DNA of 64,000 nucleotides from Alphaproteobacteria bacterium (GTDB lineage Bacteria; Pseudomonadota; Alphaproteobacteria; Bin95): NCBI GenBank assembly GCA_965205265.1, contig CBDBGH010000003.1, positions 2,144,001 to 2,208,000 of the forward strand, read 5' to 3'. Shown piece by piece: positions 56,386 to 64,000 of this stretch (position 1 is its first letter; each line of letters starts with the position of its first letter). The notes under the pieces were generated by a model. It saw only the letters and a program-made list of their open reading frames with translations, ran no database searches and was not told where the DNA came from. The position numbers and the translations under genes were made by a program.

Positions 56386-57657
56386 ATGGCCGATTTCTTC
56401 ACCGCGCCGCTGGCCGACGCCGACCCGGACCTCGCCGCCGCCATCGGCGGGGAGCTGGCGCGCCAGCGCGACCAGATCGAGCTGATCGCGTCGGAGAACA
56501 TCGTCTCGCGCGCCGTGCTGGAGGCGCAGGGCTCGGTGCTGACCAACAAATATGCCGAGGGCTACCCGGGCCGGCGCTATTACGGCGGCTGCGAATGGGT
56601 GGACCGCGCGGAGAAGCTCGCCATCGAGCGCGCGAAGCGGCTCTTCGGCGCGGCGCATGTCAATGTCCAACCGCATTCCGGCGCGCAGGCCAACCAGGCG
56701 GCCTTTATGGCGCTCTGCAAGCCGGGCGACACCGTGCTCGGCATGTCCCTTGCCGCCGGCGGCCACCTGACCCACGGCGCGGCGCCCAACCTCTCCGGCA
56801 AGTGGTTCGACGCCGTGCAATACGGCGTGCGCCGCCAGGACAGCCGGATCGACTTCGACGAGGTTGCCCGCCTGGCCGACGAGCGCCGGCCCGCGCTCAT
56901 CATCGCCGGCGGCTCGGCCTATCCGCGCGAGATCGACTTCCGGCTCTTCCGCGAGATCGCGGACGCCTCGGGCGCGAGGTTCATGGTCGATATGGCGCAT
57001 TTCGCCGGGCTGGTGGCGGCGGGCGTGCATCCGAGCCCGCTGCCCTGGGCCGACATCGTCACCACCACCACTCACAAGACCCTGCGCGGCCCGCGCGGCG
57101 GCATGATCCTCACCAATGACGAGAGCCTCGGCCGGCGGATCGACTCGGCGGTGTTCCCCGGCCTCCAGGGCGGACCGCTGATGCACGCCATCGCCGCCAA
57201 GGCGGTCGCCTTCGGCGAGGCGCTGCAGCCCGGATTCCGCGACTATGCCGAGGCCGTGGTCGCCAATGCCCGCGCCCTTGCGGAGACCTTGCAGGAAGGC
57301 GGGCTGGAGATCGTCTCGGGCGGCACGGACACCCATCTCCTGCTGGTGGACCTTCGCCCGCTCGGCCAGACCGGCAATGTCGCGGAGAAGGCGCTGGAGC
57401 GCGCGCGCATCACCTGCAACAAGAACGGCATCCCGTTCGACCCGGAGAAGCCGACCGTGACCTCCGGCCTGCGCCTCGGCTCGCCGGCCGCGACCACGCG
57501 GGGCTTCGACGAGGCGGCGTTCCGGGAGGTCGGGCGGCTCATCGTGGAGGTGCTGAAGGGCGGCGAGGCGGCGGAGGCGCGCGTGGCGGCGAAGGTCGAG
57601 GCGCTGCTGGCGCGCTTCCCGATCTACGGGCCGCGCACGGGGGAGGCAGCGCCATGA
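56386..57657 (+). CDS. glyA: Serine hydroxymethyltransferase
   Basis: [36 protein letters not shown]. Confidence 0.97.
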   Translation: MADFFTAPLADADPDLAAAIGGELARQRDQIELIASENIVSRAVLEAQGSVLTNKYAEGYPGRRYYGGCEWVDRAEKLAIERAKRLFGAAHVNVQPHSGAQANQAAFMALCKPGDTVLGMSLAAGGHLTHGAAPNLSGKWFDAVQYGVRRQDSRIDFDEVARLADERRPALIIAGGSAYPREIDFRLFREIADASGARFMVDMAHFAGLVAAGVHPSPLPWADIVTTTTHKTLRGPRGGMILTNDESLGRRIDSAVFPGLQGGPLMHAIAAKAVAFGEALQPGFRDYAEAVVANARALAETLQEGGLEIVSGGTDTHLLLVDLRPLGQTGNVAEKALERARITCNKNGIPFDPEKPTVTSGLRLGSPAATTRGFDEAAFREVGRLIVEVLKGGEAAEARVAAKVEALLARFPIYGPRTGEAAP

Positions 57658-58130
57658 GGTGCCCGTTCTGCGCCCATGAAGACACGCAGGTGAAGGACAG
57701 CCGGCCGACAGAGGACAACACCGTCATCCGCCGCCGCCGCTCCTGCCCGGCCTGCAATGCGCGCTTCACCACCTTCGAGCGGGTGCAGCTGCGCGACCTC
57801 ACCATCCTCAAGTCCAGCGGCAGGCGCGAGACTTTCGACCGCGACAAGCTGAAGCGCTCCGTGGCGATCGCGCTGCGCAAGCGGCCCGTGAACGACGACC
57901 GGCTGGAGCGCATGATCTCCAGCCTCGTGCGCCAGCTCGAAGCCTCGGGGCAGAGCGAGTTCCCCTCCGACCGGCTCGGCGAAATGGTGATGGAGATGCT
58001 CGCCGACCTCGACCAGGTCGCCTATGTCCGCTTCGCCTCCGTTTACCGCGATTTCCGGGAGGCCAGGGATTTCGAGGAATTTGTCGGACAGCTCGCCGAG
58101 CAGGATGACGACGGACGCTCGCAGCGTTGA
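57654..58130 (+). CDS. nrdR: Transcriptional repressor NrdR
   Basis: [29 protein letters not shown]. Confidence 0.97.
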   Translation: MRCPFCAHEDTQVKDSRPTEDNTVIRRRRSCPACNARFTTFERVQLRDLTILKSSGRRETFDRDKLKRSVAIALRKRPVNDDRLERMISSLVRQLEASGQSEFPSDRLGEMVMEMLADLDQVAYVRFASVYRDFREARDFEEFVGQLAEQDDDGRSQR

Positions 58131-59220
58131 CGAGGCGCATATGGGCGCCGCGCTCGCGCTCGGCCGGCGGGGCCTGGGCAGGGTCTGGCCCAACCCTGCG
58201 GTCGGCTGCGTGATCGCGCACGGGCCCCGCGTCGCCGCGCGGGGCTGGACTCAGCCGGGCGGCCGGCCCCATGCCGAGGCCGAGGCGCTGGCCCGCGCGG
58301 GCGCGGCCGCCAGGGGGGCGGCCTGCTATGTGACGCTGGAGCCGTGCAGCCATCGCGGCCGCACGCCGCCCTGCGCCGACGCGCTCATCGAGGCCGGCGT
58401 CGCCCGCGTCGTCGCCGCAACCGGGGACCCGGACCCGCGCGTCGCCGGACAGGGTTTCGCGCGGCTGGAGGCGGCGGGCATTGCGGTGGAAACGGGCCTC
58501 GGCGAGGCGGAGGCGCGGTTCGACAATGAAGGCTTTCTCACCCGTGTCGGCTCGGGCCGGCCGCTGGTCGCGCTCAAGACCGCAACCACGCTGGACGGCC
58601 GGATCGCGGCGCCGGGCGGCGAGAGCCGCTGGATCACCGGCCCGGCGGCCCGCGCGGCCGCGCACCGGCTCAGGGCAAGCCACGACGCCATCATGGTCGG
58701 CGCCCGCACCGCGCTTCTCGACAATCCGCGCCTCGACTGCCGGCTGGACGGGCTGCGGGACCGCTCGCCGCTCCGCATCGTGGCGGACGGCAGCCTCGGC
58801 CTGCCGCCGACGCACCGTCTGGCCGCCGACGGCCGGCCCTGCTGGGCGCTCTGCCGGGAAGACGCGGACCGGGACCGGGCAAGCCGGCTGGAGGACGCCG
58901 GCGTCCGGCTCATCCGCGTGCCGGCGGGCGGGGACGGGCGGATGGACCTGGCGGCCGGCCTCCGGCGGCTCGGCGAGGCCGGGCTGACCCGCCTGCTGGT
59001 GGAGGGCGGCGGCCTGCTGGCGGCGGCGCTGCTGAAGGCGGACCTCGTGGACCGGATACACTGGTTCCGCGCGCCCGCCGTCATGGGCGGGGACGGCCTG
59101 CCGGCCGTGGCGGCGCTGGACGTGGAGCACCCCGGGGACGCCCCGCGCTTCAGCCTTCACGCCCGGCGCGAGGCCGGCGGCGACACATGGGAGGTCTGGC
59201 GGCGATGTTCACCGGAATAG
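58105..59220 (+). CDS. ribD: Riboflavin biosynthesis deaminase/reductase
   Basis: PNPAVG, HAE, TLEPCSH...PPC, TLDGRIA, VEGG. Confidence 0.95.
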   Translation: MTTDARSVDEAHMGAALALGRRGLGRVWPNPAVGCVIAHGPRVAARGWTQPGGRPHAEAEALARAGAAARGAACYVTLEPCSHRGRTPPCADALIEAGVARVVAATGDPDPRVAGQGFARLEAAGIAVETGLGEAEARFDNEGFLTRVGSGRPLVALKTATTLDGRIAAPGGESRWITGPAARAAAHRLRASHDAIMVGARTALLDNPRLDCRLDGLRDRSPLRIVADGSLGLPPTHRLAADGRPCWALCREDADRDRASRLEDAGVRLIRVPAGGDGRMDLAAGLRRLGEAGLTRLLVEGGGLLAAALLKADLVDRIHWFRAPAVMGGDGLPAVAALDVEHPGDAPRFSLHARREAGGDTWEVWRRCSPE

Positions 59221-59801
59221 TCACCGATATCGGGCGGGTCGAGACAATCGAGCAGCGCGGCGACACCCGCTTCGGGATTGCGACGGCCTGGGACACATCG
59301 GGCATTGCGCTCGGCGCGTCCATCGCGTGCTCCGGGGCCTGCCTCACGGTCGTCGCCGTCAAGCCGGGCGCCTTCGCCGTCGAGGCCTCGGCCGAAACGC
59401 TCGCCTGCACGACGCTCGGCGGCTGGCGGGAGGGAACCGCTGTCAATCTCGAACGCGCGCTTTGCGTCGGCGACGAGCTGGGCGGGCATATCGTCTCCGG
59501 GCATGTGGACGGCGTGGCCGGAACGGTGTCGCGCCGCCCGGAAGGGGACAGCGTGCGCTTCACCTTCGAGGCCCCCGACGCGCTCGCCCGCTTCGTCGCG
59601 TCGAAAGGCTCGGTCGCGCTCGACGGCGTGTCGCTCACGGTCAACGAGGTGGACGGCGCGCGCTTCGGCGTCAACATCATCCCGCACACGCTTTCGCACA
59701 CGACGCTCGGCGCACTTCGGCCCGGCGATGCGGTCAACATGGAAATCGACATGCTGGCGCGCTACCTTGCCCGCCAATTGGAGGAACTGGGCCGTGGCTA
59801 G
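59205..59801 (+). CDS. ribE: Riboflavin synthase
   Basis: MFTGIV, GACLTV, GGHIVSGHVD, KGSVALDGVSLTVN. Confidence 0.95.
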   Translation: MFTGIVTDIGRVETIEQRGDTRFGIATAWDTSGIALGASIACSGACLTVVAVKPGAFAVEASAETLACTTLGGWREGTAVNLERALCVGDELGGHIVSGHVDGVAGTVSRRPEGDSVRFTFEAPDALARFVASKGSVALDGVSLTVNEVDGARFGVNIIPHTLSHTTLGALRPGDAVNMEIDMLARYLARQLEELGRG

Positions 59802-60978
59802 CAATCTCGACGGGCTCACGCGGGCGCCGGCGCCGCGCACGACGGACGACCTCGGTTATCTCTCGTCCATCGAGGAGATCATCGAGGAAGCCCGCAACGG
59901 GCGCATGTTCATCCTCGTCGATGACGAGGACCGCGAGAACGAGGGCGACCTCGTGATCCCGGCGCAGATGGCGACGCCGGACGCGATCAACTTCATGGCG
60001 AAATACGGGCGCGGGCTCATCTGCCTGGCGCTGACCCCGGCGCGCGTGAAGGAGCTGCGCCTGCCGCTGATGCCGCGCGAGAACGAGCAGCGCCAGTCCA
60101 CCGCCTTCACCGTGTCCATCGAGGCGAAGGAGGGCGTGACTACCGGCATTTCCGCCCCGGACCGGGCGCGCACCATCGCGGTCGCCATCGACCCGGACCG
60201 GAACGGCAGCGACCTTTCCACGCCGGGCCATGTCTTCCCGCTGGAAGCGCGCGAGGGCGGCGTGCTGGTACGCGCCGGCCACACCGAGGCCGCGGTCGAT
60301 ATCGCGCGCCTTGCGGGACTGAATCCGTCCGGCGTGATCTGCGAGATCATGAACGATGACGGCACCATGGCGCGGCTGCCGGACCTCATCCCCTTCGCGC
60401 AGTTCCACAATCTCAGGATCGGCGCCATCGAGGACCTGATCGCCTGGCGCCGGCGGCAGGACATTCTGGTCGAGCAGGTTATCGAGTCGGAGTTCGAAAG
60501 CCGTTACGGAGGGCATTTCAGGCTCATCATCTACCGCAACAAGATCGACGGCGTGGAACACCAGGTGCTCGTGAAGGGCGAGCTTTCGGGCGACGAGCCG
60601 GTGCTCGTCCGCGCGCACGCCTTCAACATTCTCGAAGACGTGCTGGGCGACCAGCACCGGGGGCGCGGCGGCGAATTGCAACGCTCCATGATGGCCATCG
60701 GCCGGGAAGGCCGGGGCGTGGTGATGCTGCTGCGCGAACGCCACTCGGCGCTGCTCTCGGCGCGGATCAAGGCGGAGCTCGACAGCCGCGAGGCGCGCGG
60801 CCGGCCGCCGCTGCGCGATTACGGCGTCGGCGCGCAGATCCTGCGCGACCTCGGCGTCGTCAACATGATTCTTCTGTCCGACAGCGACCGGCATATCGTC
60901 GGCCTCGACGGCTACGACCTGCATATTGCCGGCCGGCGCCCGATTCCCAAGGAGGAGAGCCTGTGGCCCACATCATGA
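59794..60978 (+). CDS. ribB: DHBP synthase fused to a degenerate GTP cyclohydrolase II domain (RibBX-type)
   Basis: DDEDRENEGDL, TAFTVSI, RAGHTEA; C-terminal domain lacks the Zn-binding cysteines. Confidence 0.93.
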   Translation: MASNLDGLTRAPAPRTTDDLGYLSSIEEIIEEARNGRMFILVDDEDRENEGDLVIPAQMATPDAINFMAKYGRGLICLALTPARVKELRLPLMPRENEQRQSTAFTVSIEAKEGVTTGISAPDRARTIAVAIDPDRNGSDLSTPGHVFPLEAREGGVLVRAGHTEAAVDIARLAGLNPSGVICEIMNDDGTMARLPDLIPFAQFHNLRIGAIEDLIAWRRRQDILVEQVIESEFESRYGGHFRLIIYRNKIDGVEHQVLVKGELSGDEPVLVRAHAFNILEDVLGDQHRGRGGELQRSMMAIGREGRGVVMLLRERHSALLSARIKAELDSREARGRPPLRDYGVGAQILRDLGVVNMILLSDSDRHIVGLDGYDLHIAGRRPIPKEESLWPTS

Positions 60979-61397
60979 TGGTCGTCGCGCCCTATTACGA
61001 GGACATCTGCGACGAGATGATTGCCGGGGCCGGCGCCGTTATCGAGGAAGCCGGCCACAGCTGGGACCGCTACGATGTCGCCGGCGCATTCGAGCTTCCG
61101 GTTGCGATCTCGATTGCGCTCGATTCGCCGAAGCGCTTCGACGGCTTCATCGCCATCGGCTGCGTCATCCGCGGCGAGACGACCCATTACGACCATCTCT
61201 GCGCGGAGGTGAGCCGCGCGCTGCAAACGCTGGCGGTGGAGCGCAAGCTGGCGCTCGGTTTCGGCCTGCTCACCTGCGAGAACGGCGACCAGGCGCGGGT
61301 CCGCGCCAGCGTCTCCGGCAAGAACAAGGGCGCCGAGGCGGCCCATGCCTGCCTCAAGACCATCGTGCTGAAGCAGGCGCTCGGGCGGGCGGATTGA
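60963..61397 (+). CDS. ribH: Lumazine synthase
   Basis: GAFELP, GCVIRGETTHYD, NKGAEAA. Confidence 0.95.
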   Translation: MAHIMMVVAPYYEDICDEMIAGAGAVIEEAGHSWDRYDVAGAFELPVAISIALDSPKRFDGFIAIGCVIRGETTHYDHLCAEVSRALQTLAVERKLALGFGLLTCENGDQARVRASVSGKNKGAEAAHACLKTIVLKQALGRAD

Positions 61398-61909
61398 CCG
61401 CGGCCGACCGCGAGGCCGGACCCCGGGAGGCCGAAGACGCCGGGGAGGCGCCTCCGAGCCGGCGGCGGCTGGCGCGCCTCGCCGCCCTCCAGGCGCTCTA
61501 CCAGGCGGAGATGAACCGCGAGACGGCCGAAGCGGTGTCCGCCCAGTTCCTGCGCCACCGCCTCGGCCGGGACATCGAGGGCATCAGGCTCGACGCCGAC
61601 CGGCGCTTCTTCGACCGCCTGCTCCGCTCCGTGGCGGAGCATCGGCGCGACATCGACAACGCGGTCTCGGCGGCGCTCGCCCGGGGTGACGGGCTCGGGC
61701 GGCTGGAGCCGGTGTTGCGCGCCGCGCTCAGGCTGGGAGCGGCCGAACTGCTTTATCAGCCCGACGTGCCGCCGCGCGTCGCGATCCGCGAATATACGGA
61801 CCTTGTGGGCGATTTCTTCGATGAGCCGCAGGCCCGGTTCGCGACCGCCGTGTTCGACCGGATCGCCCACAGCGCGCGGCCCGGCGAACTCGACGGCCCG
61901 GCGGCATGA
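61394..61909 (+). CDS. nusB: Transcription antitermination factor NusB
   Basis: RRLARLAALQALYQ, LRLGAAEL, VPPRVAIREY; TTG start. Confidence 0.9.
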   Translation: MTAADREAGPREAEDAGEAPPSRRRLARLAALQALYQAEMNRETAEAVSAQFLRHRLGRDIEGIRLDADRRFFDRLLRSVAEHRRDIDNAVSAALARGDGLGRLEPVLRAALRLGAAELLYQPDVPPRVAIREYTDLVGDFFDEPQARFATAVFDRIAHSARPGELDGPAA

Positions 61910-62796
61910 GCCGGTCGGGCGAATTCGAGCTGATCCGCCGCTTCCTGGCGCCGCTCGCGACCGCCGCCGGCGCGGGCGGGCTGGAGGACGACGCCGCGCT
62001 CATCGACGCGCCCGAGGGCCGGCAACTGGTCGTCACCACGGACACGATGGTCGAGGGCGTGCATTTTCCCGGCGGCGGCCCGCCCGGCCCGATTGCGCGG
62101 CGGCTCCTGCGGAGCAACCTTTCCGACCTCGCCGCCACGGCCGCCAGGCCGGAAGGCTACCTGCTCAACCTCGCCCTTCCCGAACGGATCGACGACCTGT
62201 GGCTGGAAGGCTTCGCAGCCGGCCTCGCCGCGGACCAGGAGGAATTCGGCCTCTCGCTGCTCGGCGGCGACACGGTGGCGACGCCGGGCGCGCTCACGCT
62301 CACCGTTACCGCCTTCGGCTCGGCCGCCGCCCCGGTTCGCCGCTCCGGCGCAAGACCCGGCGAGCGCGTGTTCGTCACCGGGCCCGTCGGCGATGGCTGT
62401 TTCGGGCTGAAGGCCGTCCGGGGCGAACTCGACGCGCCGCGCCTCGCGGACCGCTACTGGCTGCCCACGCCGCGTTTCGGCGCGGCAGAGGACGCCACGG
62501 CGGCGGCCGACATCTCCGACGGGCTCATCGCCGATCTCGGCCATATCTGCCGGGCTTCCGGCGTCGGCGCCGTCATCGACCTCGAGGCGGTGCCGCTCTC
62601 GCCGGAGGTGGCCGCGCTCGGAGCGCAAGCCCGGCTGGAGGCGCTGACCGGCGGCGACGACTACGAGCTGGTGTTCACCGCGCGGGAGAGCGCGGCCATC
62701 CCCGTCGGGCGCATCGTTACGGGCGGGGGCGTAACCGTCCTCGACGCGGCGGGGGAACCCGTCCCGCTCGATCGGCAGGGCTACACGCATGATTGA
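61906..62796 (+). CDS. thiL: Thiamine-phosphate kinase
   Basis: EFELI, DDAA, NLSDLAA, GGDT, DISDGL, GGDDYEL. Confidence 0.95.
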   Translation: MSRSGEFELIRRFLAPLATAAGAGGLEDDAALIDAPEGRQLVVTTDTMVEGVHFPGGGPPGPIARRLLRSNLSDLAATAARPEGYLLNLALPERIDDLWLEGFAAGLAADQEEFGLSLLGGDTVATPGALTLTVTAFGSAAAPVRRSGARPGERVFVTGPVGDGCFGLKAVRGELDAPRLADRYWLPTPRFGAAEDATAAADISDGLIADLGHICRASGVGAVIDLEAVPLSPEVAALGAQARLEALTGGDDYELVFTARESAAIPVGRIVTGGGVTVLDAAGEPVPLDRQGYTHD

Positions 62797-63544
62797 CGCA
62801 ACGGCGCCGGAAACGCTCGCCGCCGTCGCTGCCGCTTTCCTCATCGCCGCTTTCGTCAAGGGGGCGACCGGGCTCGGCTTCTCGACCTGCGCGCTACCGC
62901 TGCTGGCGCTTTCCATCGGCATACGCGAAGCGCTGCCGCTGGTGCTGGCACCGTCCATTGCGAGCAACCTGCTGGTGATGCGCGGGGCGGGCCATTTCCG
63001 CGAGACGGTGCGGCGGTTCTGGCCGCTCTGCCTGGCGGTGCTGCCGGGCATTGCGCTCGGCGTCATGCTTCTGGTCCGGGTCGATCCGCTGGCCGCCGGG
63101 GCCGTTCTCGGGGCGGTGCTTGCGGGCTATGCCGCCTTTGCGCTCGGGCGCCCGGCGCTCATGCTCCCCGCCCGTCTGGAGCGTCCGCTGCAATGGCCCG
63201 TCGGGCTCATCAACGGCGCGGTGAACGGCCTCACCGGCTCGCAGGTGATGCCGCTGCTGCCCTATCTACTGGCGCTGCAGCTGGACCCGAACCGCTTCGT
63301 GCAGGCGATCAACTGCGTCTTCACCTTCTCCAGCCTCGCCATGGCGGCGGGGCTGTCGGAAGCGGGGCTGCTGACCGGCCCGGCGGCCATGGTCTCGGTG
63401 CTGGGCCTGCTGCCGGTCTGGGCGGGGGTGAAGCTCGGCGAGGCACTGCGCCGCCGCCTCCCGGCCGAGACCTTCCGCAAGGCCGTGCTGGCGTTCCTGA
63501 TCCTGCTCGGCGCCATCCTCGCCGCCCGCTTCCTGCTCGGCTGA
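62789..63544 (+). CDS. TauE/SafE (TSUP) family permease
   Basis: KGATGLGF, multiple TM helices, FRKAVL C-terminus. Confidence 0.85.
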   Translation: MIDATAPETLAAVAAAFLIAAFVKGATGLGFSTCALPLLALSIGIREALPLVLAPSIASNLLVMRGAGHFRETVRRFWPLCLAVLPGIALGVMLLVRVDPLAAGAVLGAVLAGYAAFALGRPALMLPARLERPLQWPVGLINGAVNGLTGSQVMPLLPYLLALQLDPNRFVQAINCVFTFSSLAMAAGLSEAGLLTGPAAMVSVLGLLPVWAGVKLGEALRRRLPAETFRKAVLAFLILLGAILAARFLLG

Positions 63545-63623
63545 AATTGCTCAGTATCCGTTTGAGAATTGGCGCCGGGGCGTTTCGAGACAGGGCCGAA
63601 GGCGCTGCCCCGTCCCCTAATAT

Positions 63624-63678
63624 CGTCATGCCCGCAAATCCTAAACCGGACAGCAATGGAACAAGTCCGGGTATGACG
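63624..63678. repeat. Degenerate CGTC-type REP, copy E
   Basis: cgtcatgcccg...ggaacaagtccgggtatgacg. Confidence 0.75.
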
Positions 63679-63770
63679 AAAGGGACGTTGAGATGTGACG
63701 GAAAAATACCGTTGATTTCCCTCGTCAACCTATCTTTGTCATCCCCCAATCTTGCCCTCGACTGCTTGCA

Positions 63771-64000
63771 TTACGCACCCTCGCGAATGACAGTGCGGTA
63801 GATGTCGAGAGCCCGCTCGCGCGCTTGCCCGTGGTCCACGATGGGCCGCGGATACGTCTCGCCGAGCCTTACCCCGGCATCGGCGAGGACGGCCGCCGGC
63901 GCTTCCCAGGGGGCGTGTATCCATTTGTCGGGCAGCAGCCGCAGTTCCGGGAGCCACTTGCGGAGATAGCCGCCTCCGGCGTCGAAGCGCCTGGACTGCG
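63771..64000 (-). CDS. phrB: Class I DNA photolyase/cryptochrome, C-terminal fragment (5' part outside window)
   Basis: QSRRFDAGGGYLRKWLPEL...WIHAPW...YPRPIVDH...ARERAL*; absent from the ORF track. Confidence 0.88.
   Translation of the reverse strand, partial: QSRRFDAGGGYLRKWLPELRLLPDKWIHAPWEAPAAVLADAGVRLGETYPRPIVDHGQARERALDIYRTVIREGA

Noticed and set aside
60440-60978. RibB fusion lacking GTP cyclohydrolase II zinc cysteines
   Set aside because: This is the known RibBX-type degenerate domain, common in proteobacteria.

Overview
GC-rich alphaproteobacterial chromosome segment. The assignment is inferred from the gene orders recJ-glpX-hom-aminotransferase/phaC and glyA-nrdR-ribD-ribE-ribB-ribH-nusB-thiL, and from a GAAC-N7-GAAC LexA box. 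In order: the right half of an IS66 that sits inside a CGTC-type REP hairpin; sulfur-oxidation genes (soxE/soxF-like, a Mo sulfite dehydrogenase with a G16 tract in its putative promoter, a diheme cytochrome); an AT-rich DUF262+HEPN cassette hit by an IS1634-family element; a split metH; and a thermonuclease. Two tandem genes missed by the ORF track follow, each with an in-frame UGA and a SECIS-like hairpin: a UxxC peroxiredoxin-like protein and a GNAT acetyltransferase, the best novelty candidate. Then come the SOS cassette imuA-imuB-dnaE2, catabolic and transport genes (GMC oxidoreductase, enolase superfamily, CoA transferase/HMG-CoA lyase, TTT and TRAP transporters), a GT25/GT2 glycosyltransferase cluster hit by a second copy of the same IS1634, the riboflavin operon, and the 3' end of a photolyase. 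The two IS1634 copies carry target duplications of 14 bp and 67 bp. All product calls come from motif recognition by eye; no database searches were run.
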